Shown here: piece by piece, positions 38,662 through 47,682 of the stretch
How the letters are laid out: each line of letters begins with the position of its first letter
Position numbering within the stretch: the stretch's first letter is position 1
Assembly (NCBI GenBank): GCA_030041355.1
Contig: JASHNZ010000011.1
Coordinates: forward strand, 97,165-161,164
Reading direction: 5' to 3'
Source: Nitrososphaerales archaeon
Lineage (GTDB): Archaea; Thermoproteota; Nitrososphaeria; Nitrososphaerales; CADDZS01
Length of the DNA: 64,000 nt
The notes under the pieces: generated by a model
Database searches by the model: none
Told to the model about the DNA's origin: nothing
Seen by the model: only the letters and a program-made list of their open reading frames with translations
Translations under genes and position numbers: made by a program

Positions 38662-40322
38662 ACGTTTCAGAGACGTTCGTAAACAGTCTAGAGAGATTGG
38701 GCGTAACTCGCGTCTATGGTCTCATCGGGACCTCCATTCTTAGCTTTGTTGATGCCCTAAACGACAGCAAAATACGATACATTTCCACGCGCCAGGATCA
38801 ATCAGCCGTGAGCATAGCGGTTGCTGAGGGAAAGACTCTCGGCAAGCCCGGAGTCGCAGCGGTTCATGGCGGTCCCGGGTTCCTGAATTCACTTACGGCT
38901 GTTGCGGTCGCCCGTAAAGACTGCACGCCCATTACAATGATCACTGGGGCGGTCAAGAGACGTATGAAGGGTCTTGACTCGTGGCTCGAGGTTGATCAAC
39001 AAAGCATAGCAAGACCGATTGCGAAATCCTTCTTTCGTGTTGAAAAGCCAACAGATGCTGAACGAGTGATCGCGAATGCTTTTTCAGTTTCCTGTTCCGC
39101 ACCACAAGGCCCCGTTGTCGTTGAATGCCCCGAAGATAGCTGGGATCTCGACGTAACGAGTTCTGACCTACAGACTGTGACTGCAAATCCTCAACCGCCC
39201 TTGTTAGCTACTCCGGCTGAAGTCTCACAAGTCCTCGAATTAATGAAAAAATCCAGAGCACCTATCATTGTTGGAGGGGGTGGTATAAACAACCGGAGAG
39301 GGGCGGAAATGATTGACAGACTAGTACGAAGATTTCGAGTTCCGGTTGTGACCACAGGGAGCGGTCGCGGGGTTCTCTCCGAGAACAGCGAATTTTCTTT
39401 AGGAAGGACAGGTTTCGGGGGAGGCAGTACTCTTGCTGATTACTGCCTCAGGGATTCAGATTTCGTCTTGGCGTTGGGAGCAGGTCTTTCAGATGTAACA
39501 ACATACGCCTACAACTACATTCCAAATGCGAATATTGTTTGCGTCAATTTGGACCCTCTTGCAGAAATGAAACCAATTCCTTACTCGCTTGTGCTCAAAT
39601 GTGATGCAGTCTCCTTTCTAGAAAAATTTCTAGACGAGACGGACGATACGAAATATGAACCTTCGAAAGAATGGATCATGAAGATCGAAGAGGAACGAAA
39701 CAACTGGAAATCAAGGCTCGAGGAAGCCCTTTCTCGAAAATATGACGGATTCGTAAACCCTTCGAATTTCTTTAGATTCCTCGATTCAAAGCTTCCTGAA
39801 GATGCGATAATTACAGCTGGACAAGGCTTGCACGTTCTTTATGCCCATTCGTTTCTTAAGGTGAGAAAGCACTCGAGTTTCCTTGCTGCCACAAACCTTG
39901 GAGCGATGGGTTACGCGCTACCGGCGGCGCTAGGAGCGAAGGCCTCTAATCCAGAAAGAGAAGTAATCGCCGTTATAGGTGACGGGGAGTTCATGATGAA
40001 TGTCTCCGATATAGAAACTGGAAGTAGAGAAAAGTTGGCAGTGAAAATAATCATCGTCAACGACGATTCATACAGGGTTCTGTTGATGCGCCAGAAGCTA
40101 CAAAAAATGGGCCGAATTCATGGAACACTGTTGACCAATCCAGATTTTGTGAAACTAGGTGATGCTTTTGGTGTTCGATCCATGTCAATTTACGATAACA
40201 CTAGTATTCAAGATGCGGTCGGATTCGTCCTCGAAAAATCAGATTTGCCCCGTCTACTTGAACTGAAAATCAGTAGAGATGACCTGCCTCCGCTCAATTT
40301 GGAGGCTTCAATGAGGTTCTAG
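38658..40322 (+). CDS. Thiamine-pyrophosphate-dependent enzyme (acetolactate-synthase-large-subunit-like)
   Basis: 554 aa. TPP motif GDGEFMMN. ATGA overlap with the upstream dehydrogenase. Confidence 0.8.
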   Translation: MNVSETFVNSLERLGVTRVYGLIGTSILSFVDALNDSKIRYISTRQDQSAVSIAVAEGKTLGKPGVAAVHGGPGFLNSLTAVAVARKDCTPITMITGAVKRRMKGLDSWLEVDQQSIARPIAKSFFRVEKPTDAERVIANAFSVSCSAPQGPVVVECPEDSWDLDVTSSDLQTVTANPQPPLLATPAEVSQVLELMKKSRAPIIVGGGGINNRRGAEMIDRLVRRFRVPVVTTGSGRGVLSENSEFSLGRTGFGGGSTLADYCLRDSDFVLALGAGLSDVTTYAYNYIPNANIVCVNLDPLAEMKPIPYSLVLKCDAVSFLEKFLDETDDTKYEPSKEWIMKIEEERNNWKSRLEEALSRKYDGFVNPSNFFRFLDSKLPEDAIITAGQGLHVLYAHSFLKVRKHSSFLAATNLGAMGYALPAALGAKASNPEREVIAVIGDGEFMMNVSDIETGSREKLAVKIIIVNDDSYRVLLMRQKLQKMGRIHGTLLTNPDFVKLGDAFGVRSMSIYDNTSIQDAVGFVLEKSDLPRLLELKISRDDLPPLNLEASMRF

Positions 40323-40515
40323 ATGAGAAAGGCTAAAACAATTTTTCGTTATTCGGGCGTATGCGAAGTTTCAACCTTCCGTTTCATCGTAGGAGAAAAA
40401 TGACCAAAATATTTCTCCGTGTGTAATGAAATCTCTAATCTCGATTTTGGAAGAGACCCAGAGTTTCTTGGGGTATTCTTTCAAACTCGATTCTGGGTTC
40501 GATTTTCGTTAAACT

Positions 40516-41652
40516 CTAATGGGTTCCCGGAGGAAAGATAACCTGCCTTGCTGCCCAGAACTTACTATCATCGTAATGAATCGTGTCCGGATTCGTTCCT
40601 TTGAATAAGGAAGTATAGTAGGCAAAAAGTTGCAGGGGCACAATGTATTCTAACGGACTGAGCTCCTCGCTGATGTCAGGCATGAAAATCGAGTCACCTG
40701 CAAGTTCTAGAAGATGCTTGTCGTCTGTTATTACAACTGTGGGCACGGAAAGATCTTTGCATATTTTCAACAGATCGACGTTTCTGTTGTGCGATGGTCC
40801 TTTCGTGGCAGCTAGAAAAACGGCGCTACTGGGTTTAAGAGAAACCCAGGGGCCATGAAGAAATTGTTCAGTTTCCATTCCTTCTGCTATCGCATAATTT
40901 GTCTCTTTCATCTTAAGCGAGGCTTCATATGCGGTCGCTACATTTGGGCCAGACCCGAGAAAGAAGAATTGGGATGTTTTCGACAACGAGGATGATAGTT
41001 CTGCTATTTGTTTCTCGCAATGTTCTATAGTTGAGAGGACACTTTGGGGAACATCGTTGAACTGTTCTAAAATTGCGTTGGCCGCTCCGCTGGATGTCTG
41101 TGATTGAGTGTAGTACGCTGACAGATACATTGCTGCAAGAATTGCACACGTGTAGGAAACGGTATGAGCCCTAGACTTTTCTTTTCCATTGCCGACTACC
41201 AAAAAGCGGCCGGATTCTTTTGCAATCGGTGAGTCACGCACGCCTGTCAGGGAAAAAGTCCTGGCCCCGCTCTCTTTCGCCTTCGCCATAGCATCCACAG
41301 TAGTCTTCGTGAAGCCAGTATGAGAAAAAGCCATGAGCAGACAGCCCGGCTTTAGAAGGCTGTAGTAATGTTTCACCTCAAAAGCTTGAATTGCCACGGC
41401 CTCAGTCTTCTGAAAGAGCGCATAGAGCATATAGGAGCTTGCGAGGGCAGCGTGATAACTTGTTCCACATCCCGTAAGTACGAATTTATTCGACCCTTCC
41501 CAGTAGCTCGAAATATCCGGCGCTCCTTTCTTGCAAGTCTCCAATGTCGCATGGAGGGCACTGGGTTGGTCAAGAATCATGTCATGCATGAAGTAAGGAT
41601 GTTTCGGTCTCTTTTCGTCTGTTAACTGTGGTTGCATTGTTCTATATCCCAA
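40516..41652 (-). CDS. SIS-domain sugar-phosphate isomerase (GlmS C-terminal / AgaS-GlmD-like)
   Basis: 378 aa with two SIS domains (GCGTSYHAA..., GSGPNVATAYEASLK); no glutaminase domain. Confidence 0.7.
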   Translation of the reverse strand: MGYRTMQPQLTDEKRPKHPYFMHDMILDQPSALHATLETCKKGAPDISSYWEGSNKFVLTGCGTSYHAALASSYMLYALFQKTEAVAIQAFEVKHYYSLLKPGCLLMAFSHTGFTKTTVDAMAKAKESGARTFSLTGVRDSPIAKESGRFLVVGNGKEKSRAHTVSYTCAILAAMYLSAYYTQSQTSSGAANAILEQFNDVPQSVLSTIEHCEKQIAELSSSLSKTSQFFFLGSGPNVATAYEASLKMKETNYAIAEGMETEQFLHGPWVSLKPSSAVFLAATKGPSHNRNVDLLKICKDLSVPTVVITDDKHLLELAGDSIFMPDISEELSPLEYIVPLQLFAYYTSLFKGTNPDTIHYDDSKFWAARQVIFPPGTH

Positions 41653-41735
41653 AAGAAGGAGGTAAGCAAAAAGGATTAGCTGAATACCTCAGAAGGCGTA
41701 TATCTAAACCACCCGCTTCAGGTTGCTGAGGAGAA

Positions 41736-41933
41736 GTGCCCAGAAAGAAATTCAACAAGGAAACCGCTGACAAGTTTTGGTTGAACTATACCAAGAATCT
41801 TTCTGACTCCATAACTGAAACTGAAAAGGAAGGTTTGGACAAAGGCTACTCTTCGTTCGAAATAGAGAGATTATGGCAGGAAAAAACACGACAAAAGTCT
41901 CAAAAGACAGCTGACTCTAAAAAGAAAAGCTAA
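41736..41933 (+). CDS. Small Lys-rich hypothetical protein
   Basis: 65 aa ORF in a divergent intergenic region; weak. Confidence 0.2.
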   Translation: MPRKKFNKETADKFWLNYTKNLSDSITETEKEGLDKGYSSFEIERLWQEKTRQKSQKTADSKKKS

Positions 41934-42047
41934 CAGATTTTCGTTAGAAAGAATTCGTGTTCTTATTTTTCTAAATATCCAAGCTAACTTGAATCCTTCT
42001 TAAACAATCATTATTAAGTCCTGAACACTGAAGGCGTTTGTTTCTTT

Positions 42048-43208
42048 ATGGCAATCTCGAGTAGGATTGCATTTGTTCGTAAATCTGGCATCCGTGAAAT
42101 CTTCGATCTTGCCCAAGAGATTCCAAATACAATCAGCCTTGGTATTGGCGAACCAAACTTCAAGACTCCAAAATTCATTGACGAGGCGGCAAAGAAAGCT
42201 ATTGACGAGGGATTCGACAAATACACACTGAACATTGGAATTCCTGAGTTGAGGCAACAAATTTCAAGTAAGCTAAAAAGGGAAAATAATATCGAAGCTG
42301 ATCCGAAAACAGAGATCATAGTTACTGCCGGAGCGACGCAAGCAATATTCTTGCTCATGTACTGTTTGCTCGAGCAAGGCGATGAAGTATTATTACCTAC
42401 TCCGGCATTCACGGCATACGAGTATTCAGCTCGTCTCGCTGGAGGAAAGCCTGTCCAATGCCCTCTCAATGAGAGCGAAGACTACGAAATTGATTTTGAT
42501 CTTTTGGGGAAGCGATGTTCAAAGAAAGCAAAATTGCTAATCCTCAATTCCCCCTGTAATCCCACGGGAGTGACTTATCGAGAGAAAGAGATCAAGAAGC
42601 TCGTTGAGTTTGTCTCAGAGAGGGGTCTTTACCTAATATCTGACGAGATCTATGAGAAGTATGTGTACGATGATGCGAAACATTTCAGCCCGGCTTCCTC
42701 GAAAGAATTCAAAAATCGCATCGTAACGGTCAATGGTTTTTCGAAGACTTTTGGAATGACAGGATGGAGATTGGGCTATGCTGTCGCAAACGAAGAAATA
42801 ATTTCAGCATTGACACGGTTTAATATGTATAATTCAGTTTGCGCGAACTCGATAGCCCAAAAGGCTGGAGTGGCGGCCTTGGAGGGTTCGATGGGTTTCT
42901 TCATACCAATTCTAAAGCAATACAATAAAGCCAGAAATTCGATGTGCAAATATCTCGATGAACTATCTTTGTCTTATGCAGCACCTTCGGGTGCATTCTA
43001 CATTTTCCCGGACATATCTTCCATTTCAAAAGACTCTTTGCACTATTGCAAAGGGCTTCTTGCTGAAGAGCATGTAGCGACCGTTCCGGGATCTTCCTTT
43101 GGAACAGTCGGCGAAGGCCACATCAGACTCTCATACTCAGTTGATGAAAACTTACTAATTATCGCCTTGGAAAAAATGAAGAAATTCAACGAGCGCTTTC
43201 GGAAATAA
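42048..43208 (+). CDS. Class I/II PLP aminotransferase (aspartate aminotransferase-like), paralogue of 10035..11282
   Basis: Carries NSPCNPTG and the PLP-lysine block GFSKTFGMTGWRLGY. Confidence 0.8.
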   Translation: MAISSRIAFVRKSGIREIFDLAQEIPNTISLGIGEPNFKTPKFIDEAAKKAIDEGFDKYTLNIGIPELRQQISSKLKRENNIEADPKTEIIVTAGATQAIFLLMYCLLEQGDEVLLPTPAFTAYEYSARLAGGKPVQCPLNESEDYEIDFDLLGKRCSKKAKLLILNSPCNPTGVTYREKEIKKLVEFVSERGLYLISDEIYEKYVYDDAKHFSPASSKEFKNRIVTVNGFSKTFGMTGWRLGYAVANEEIISALTRFNMYNSVCANSIAQKAGVAALEGSMGFFIPILKQYNKARNSMCKYLDELSLSYAAPSGAFYIFPDISSISKDSLHYCKGLLAEEHVATVPGSSFGTVGEGHIRLSYSVDENLLIIALEKMKKFNERFRK

Positions 43209-43265
43209 GCTGTCACCAGAAGCTGTCACAGTTGGGTGCCTAACATGAGAGTTGTATAGGGTGGC

Positions 43266-44105
43266 TTGACACAAGAGGTCCTTCTTGAAGAACTGGACTT
43301 CATCGCAAAGAGAGTAGTAGATCAATGTCTCTCGGACAAGGGATTCGTCCTATATTCAGGCGGAATCGATAGCGCAATTCTTGCTACTCTAGTAATGAAC
43401 AAGGTTCGGCCAAAAGCTTGGGGTCTCTTCACTTTAGGAGTTAGCGGCTCTCAAGACACTACGAATTTGATTGCCGAAAGCAATCTATGGAATTTGTTGT
43501 CTTCGTTTCGAAGAATAGTACGAGAAATAGATAAGGAGAGAGTCACTGCCGCTGCAAAAGAGACTGCGAAAATCGTTAATGTCCCGTCCATTTCGCACTT
43601 TGAAGATTGCACGGCTTTTTATTTGATTTGCGAGGAGATCAACAAAATAGCAGAAGGCAAAGATAGCATACTACTTTCTGCTAACGGTCCGGACGAACTA
43701 TTTTGCGGCTACGATAGGTTTAGGCGGATCGTTGATGAAGGTGGTTACAAGGCAGCAGAGTTAGAGATAACTCGAGCTCTTGATCTATCGAATATTCTTC
43801 GTGCCCAAGTAAGGTTAATTGCGACTCATTTCGAACTTGCCATCCTCGAACCTTTCTTTCAAACTGATTTTGTAAATTTTTGTTCGAAAAAAATCCCTAT
43901 CGAGTTAAAGATTCTAAAAAATGGCGATATGCTTCGAAAGAGGATCTGGCGCCGTTACGGAGAATATCTCAGTATTCCAAATGAAATTGTCACGAAGCGC
44001 AAAAAGGCAATGCAATATAGCATGGGGATCCACAAATCTATACTATCTCTAGTGAAAAGAGGAGAACTAACCATTGAAAGAGATTCTCTTAAGGCCACCA
44101 TTTGA
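43266..44105 (+). CDS. Asparagine-synthase-domain-like PP-loop ATP pyrophosphatase (no glutaminase domain); TTG start
   Basis: PP-loop SGGIDS and an Asn-synthase C-domain-like block (NGPDELFCGYDRF). 4-nt overlap with the downstream ftcD-like gene. Confidence 0.55.
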   Translation: MTQEVLLEELDFIAKRVVDQCLSDKGFVLYSGGIDSAILATLVMNKVRPKAWGLFTLGVSGSQDTTNLIAESNLWNLLSSFRRIVREIDKERVTAAAKETAKIVNVPSISHFEDCTAFYLICEEINKIAEGKDSILLSANGPDELFCGYDRFRRIVDEGGYKAAELEITRALDLSNILRAQVRLIATHFELAILEPFFQTDFVNFCSKKIPIELKILKNGDMLRKRIWRRYGEYLSIPNEIVTKRKKAMQYSMGIHKSILSLVKRGELTIERDSLKATI

Positions 44106-45697
44106 TAGAGATGTTTTCAAAAAACGCTAGTAGAGCACATAACATCTTGAAAATCGTCGAATGCGTTCCCAATTTCAGCGAGGGTCGAAGGCCGGATGTG
44201 ATTGAAGCCATAAGGAATGCTGCAGAAGCCATTGAAGGAGTGACGGTTCTCGACTGCGAAAACGATCCTAATCACAATCGAATGGTCCTGACTTTTGTTG
44301 GCCCACCAGAAGCGGTGAAGGAAGCTGCTCTTGCGGCAAGCGCTGTCGCGATCAAATTCATAGATCTTAGGACTCACAAGGGAGAGCACCCGAGAATGGG
44401 AGCGGTAGATGTAGTTCCCTTCGTCCCGCTAAGAGAGATTTCGATGGATGAATGTATTACACTTGCGAATGAATTTGCCGTGGAATATTCAAAACGATTC
44501 GGAGTACCGGTTTTTCTCTACGAATTCGCGGCCAAAAGACCAGAAAGGAAGGATCTCGCAAACGTCAGAGAGGGCCAATTTGAGGGTCTTAGAGACTCAA
44601 TTGGAAAGGATCCATCAAGAGACCCGGATTACGGACCGAAGGCAATCAATCCTACAGCCGGGGCGACCGCAGTGGGGGCACGGCCCATTCTTATCGCATA
44701 CAATGTGAACTTGGCTACAACTGACCTCTCAGTTGCAAAGAAGATAGCGCACCTTGTAAGAGGAAGAGATGGTGGTCTTCCGACCGTCAAGGCTCTTGGC
44801 TTTGAGCTAAAGGACCGATCAATCGTCCAAGTTTCTATGAATCTAACCGATTACAAGGTCAGCTCTATCTCCCTGGCTTTCGACCAAGTTTCAAAACACG
44901 CCGCAGAGTTAGGAGTACAGGTTCTTGAGAGCGAAATAGTAGGTCTAGTTCCATTAGACGCCCTAACCGAAGCAGCCACTTCTTATCTTAAGTTATCCAC
45001 TTTTAATTCAAACCAAATAATAGAAAATCGTCTCTTCAACTTGGCAAGTAGTACGCCTAGAACAGACTTGGTCGAGACTCGGCAGACCGATGAGGATTTT
45101 TCGAGAATGTCTTTGGCAGATTTTGCCTTGTCCGTCTCGTCAAAGGAACCTACGCCCGGAGGGGGAACAGTTGCAGCTTATACCGGGGTTCTTGCGGCTT
45201 CACTCGTAGTCATGGTCTGTGCTTTGACTCTTGGCAAGAGAGGATACGAATCAGCTTTTGGGAGGGCAGCTGAAATCCAACTGGAGGCAGAAGAATCAAA
45301 AAGAAAATTGCAGGATCTCGTGAATAGAGATTCCGCTGCTTACTCAAAGGTGTCAAAAGCACTTGCGCTTCCAAAGGGAACAGACAGCGAAAGGGCCGAA
45401 AGGAAGACTATGATCGACGTTGCGACGAAGGAGGCAACCGATGTGCCAGCCGAAACGATGACAGAGTGCGTGAAAGTTCTAAAACTTGCACAGGAAATTC
45501 TGCTAATAGGGAATAGGAACGCGAAATCTGATGCAGAAACAGCAATGGAACTTGCGAGAGCTTCAGCTAAAGGTGCATGGAGCAACGTCAGGATTAATCT
45601 CGACGCATTGTCTTCGGATGTCAATTATGTGGAAACAATAACGGCTAAACTGCAACCCGTCATCAACGAAATGTATAGTGATCCTTCGAGAAATTAA
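44102..45697 (+). CDS. ftcD: Bifunctional glutamate formimidoyltransferase / formimidoyl-THF cyclodeaminase (FtcD-like)
   Basis: N-terminal formiminotransferase domain (VECVPNFSEGR, HPRMGAVDVVPF) plus a C-terminal cyclodeaminase-like domain (PTPGGGTVAAYTGVLAASLVVMV). Confidence 0.7.
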   Translation: MIEMFSKNASRAHNILKIVECVPNFSEGRRPDVIEAIRNAAEAIEGVTVLDCENDPNHNRMVLTFVGPPEAVKEAALAASAVAIKFIDLRTHKGEHPRMGAVDVVPFVPLREISMDECITLANEFAVEYSKRFGVPVFLYEFAAKRPERKDLANVREGQFEGLRDSIGKDPSRDPDYGPKAINPTAGATAVGARPILIAYNVNLATTDLSVAKKIAHLVRGRDGGLPTVKALGFELKDRSIVQVSMNLTDYKVSSISLAFDQVSKHAAELGVQVLESEIVGLVPLDALTEAATSYLKLSTFNSNQIIENRLFNLASSTPRTDLVETRQTDEDFSRMSLADFALSVSSKEPTPGGGTVAAYTGVLAASLVVMVCALTLGKRGYESAFGRAAEIQLEAEESKRKLQDLVNRDSAAYSKVSKALALPKGTDSERAERKTMIDVATKEATDVPAETMTECVKVLKLAQEILLIGNRNAKSDAETAMELARASAKGAWSNVRINLDALSSDVNYVETITAKLQPVINEMYSDPSRN

Positions 45698-45712
45698 GGC
45701 GAACTCAGGATC

Positions 45713-46681
45713 TTGAACGGTCTCTTATGTGGAGTCTTCGGAACGAGCAAAGATCAAAAGTCGCTCTTCGAGAATTCAGTTGCGAAGAAAAGCGAGGTTG
45801 AGGGAATAATTGTGTATCACAAGAGCGAGTCTGGTGTTCGCTATTCCTTTATTGATGATTCTCAGTTTCCCGACAAAATTCAAGGGTACTCTAGGATTGC
45901 TTCGATTTGTGATTACGCCTATTACATATTTCCAAGCAGTGGCAAGTTAACAGCTCCCGATGGAGAACTCGCTGTGCTTTTGGATGGGTTTGGCACAGAT
46001 GGAACGATTGAGCTAATCGATGCTAATATCGCCAAGGAAACAATCTATTCGTCTTTCAAAGGTCTCAAACTGTCAAAATTTCCAATCGAAGAAAGGGAGA
46101 GCAAATCCTCAGTTATAGATCTGGCGAGGATACAGCCTTCTCGGAACTTTCCGAAATCAGGTACCGTAATCTACATCGACCGCTCCTTTAATGTAAAAGG
46201 AGTCGGTATCGTTGTACTCGGATTCATCCTCAGTGGTGAAGTCTCCCTTCATGACAAACTTCGTTTAATTCCAAGTCAAGGTAGCAAAAAGTATGCGGAG
46301 GTCAAAGGGATCCAAGTCAGCGACGAAGATTACAATAGTGCAGGCCGAGGCATAAGAGTAGGTCTCTCCCTCAAAGGAGTAGAGCTCAATGATCTTTCGA
46401 AGAGCTCTTGGCTCGATGACGATTCATGCTTGCTGTCAAACAAGATTTCGATGAAATTTAGTCAATCTCCGTTCTACAAACAAGCTCTCGTCGAGAGAGA
46501 TTTGCATGCGCAACTTCCCGGGGAAATAGTTCTTGGCAAGATTTCAAAAGGAACACAACAGAATCAACTTTTGGTTAGCCTTCAACTAGATGTGCCTGTT
46601 TGGGAAGGAATGAAAGTCTGTATTATAGATCTGAACGCAAAGAACCTTCGGGTAGCCGGTGTCGGATCCGCAGTAGTCTGA
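45713..46681 (+). CDS. EF-Tu/EF1A-like protein with a degenerate G domain (pseudo-GTPase) and beta-barrel domains II/III
   Basis: A domain-II-like block (VIYIDRSFNVKGVGIVVLGFILSGEVSLHDKLRLIP) is present. The P-loop position reads GVFGTSKDQKS instead of GHVDHGKT. DxxG is retained (LLDGFG) and no NKxD is present. Confidence 0.45.
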   Translation: MNGLLCGVFGTSKDQKSLFENSVAKKSEVEGIIVYHKSESGVRYSFIDDSQFPDKIQGYSRIASICDYAYYIFPSSGKLTAPDGELAVLLDGFGTDGTIELIDANIAKETIYSSFKGLKLSKFPIEERESKSSVIDLARIQPSRNFPKSGTVIYIDRSFNVKGVGIVVLGFILSGEVSLHDKLRLIPSQGSKKYAEVKGIQVSDEDYNSAGRGIRVGLSLKGVELNDLSKSSWLDDDSCLLSNKISMKFSQSPFYKQALVERDLHAQLPGEIVLGKISKGTQQNQLLVSLQLDVPVWEGMKVCIIDLNAKNLRVAGVGSAVV

Positions 46682-46776
46682 TTGACCTCATTTGCTCAAG
46701 AAAAGCTTGCATCGAGACACGATATGCCAATCGTCAACACAAGCTTCTAATATTACATTTAACAAAGTGTCTTGCC

Positions 46777-47193
46777 ATGCAGAGAACGACAGAGAAGATT
46801 GTCACTTTGTCTCCCTTAGCGGTAGAACGTGTGAAGACCTTCATTGCAAAAGACAAGAAATTCAATGCCAATGGTCTGAGAGTTTTTGTAATGCCGGGAG
46901 GCTGTTCCGGATATCAATACGGAATGGTCTTGGAGAATGAAGCCAAGAGCGATGACATTTCTTGGTCGGAAGGCGGTATCAACGTCTACGTCGATGCGCA
47001 AAGCGCGAAGTTGCTTCAGGGAGCAAACATTGATTTCGTAGAAACCGTCCAGGGCTCAGGATTTAAGATCGACAACCCAAACGCTGTCTCTTCTTGTGGC
47101 TGTGGGAACTCTTTCGAAACTAAGGGGTTTGGCCACGGGCATTCAGATGACGAAGCGGAAGAAGGTTGCGCGTGTGGATGCGGCGGTCACTGA
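46777..47193 (+). CDS. iscA: Fe-S cluster insertion protein IscA/HesB/ErpA family, with a His/Cys-rich C-terminal tail
   Basis: Carries the A-type-carrier C-terminal motif (SCGCGNSF). I chose the start at MQRTTEK. The ORF-track start at 46600 would overlap the upstream gene by 82 nt. Confidence 0.75.
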   Translation: MQRTTEKIVTLSPLAVERVKTFIAKDKKFNANGLRVFVMPGGCSGYQYGMVLENEAKSDDISWSEGGINVYVDAQSAKLLQGANIDFVETVQGSGFKIDNPNAVSSCGCGNSFETKGFGHGHSDDEAEEGCACGCGGH

Positions 47194-47207
47194 GTTAACC
47201 AGACTGT

Positions 47208-47567
47208 TTATCCTCGCATGTTCCCCAGATAGGCTCTGAGCTCGCCCTCAATAATTTCTTCAAATTTTTGGAAATATAGTCGGGTAGCGAAAGGCATCGA
47301 ATTCAGATTATTCTCGATCGCGTCAATAACGTAAGGGATTGCCCTTTTTGACGACTTGAATTCGAACTTCATCGGCAGATCGGCGTTCTGAATGACCGCG
47401 ATACTTGATCTGAGTTCGTCGGTGGGGCAAAGAGCCTTTGATTCTGCTTCCAGAATCTCATACCATGTACATAAAATGTTAGGATCGAGGCCGTTCTGAA
47501 CATCCTGAATCGTTTCGACAAGTTTGTTGAGAGTGTTTAACTCGATATTTTCAGGAACACTGCTCAT
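47208..47567 (-). CDS. Hypothetical protein
   Basis: 119 aa ORF. Confidence 0.35.
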   Translation of the reverse strand: MSSVPENIELNTLNKLVETIQDVQNGLDPNILCTWYEILEAESKALCPTDELRSSIAVIQNADLPMKFEFKSSKRAIPYVIDAIENNLNSMPFATRLYFQKFEEIIEGELRAYLGNMRG

Positions 47568-47682
47568 TTCCCAAACTCTTCCGAATTTACGATCTTCGAG
47601 GCTGAGAAAGTGGAATGGGATTATTACAAAACGAGCCTAGAAAAACAATGCAAGAGCTCTAAAGATGTTCAGTTTTCCAGAG

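Noticed and set aside
46600-46776. ORF-track start of the IscA gene at 46600
   Set aside because: It would overlap the upstream gene by 82 nt and add 59 non-IscA residues. The internal Met at 46777 gives a canonical IscA N-terminus.
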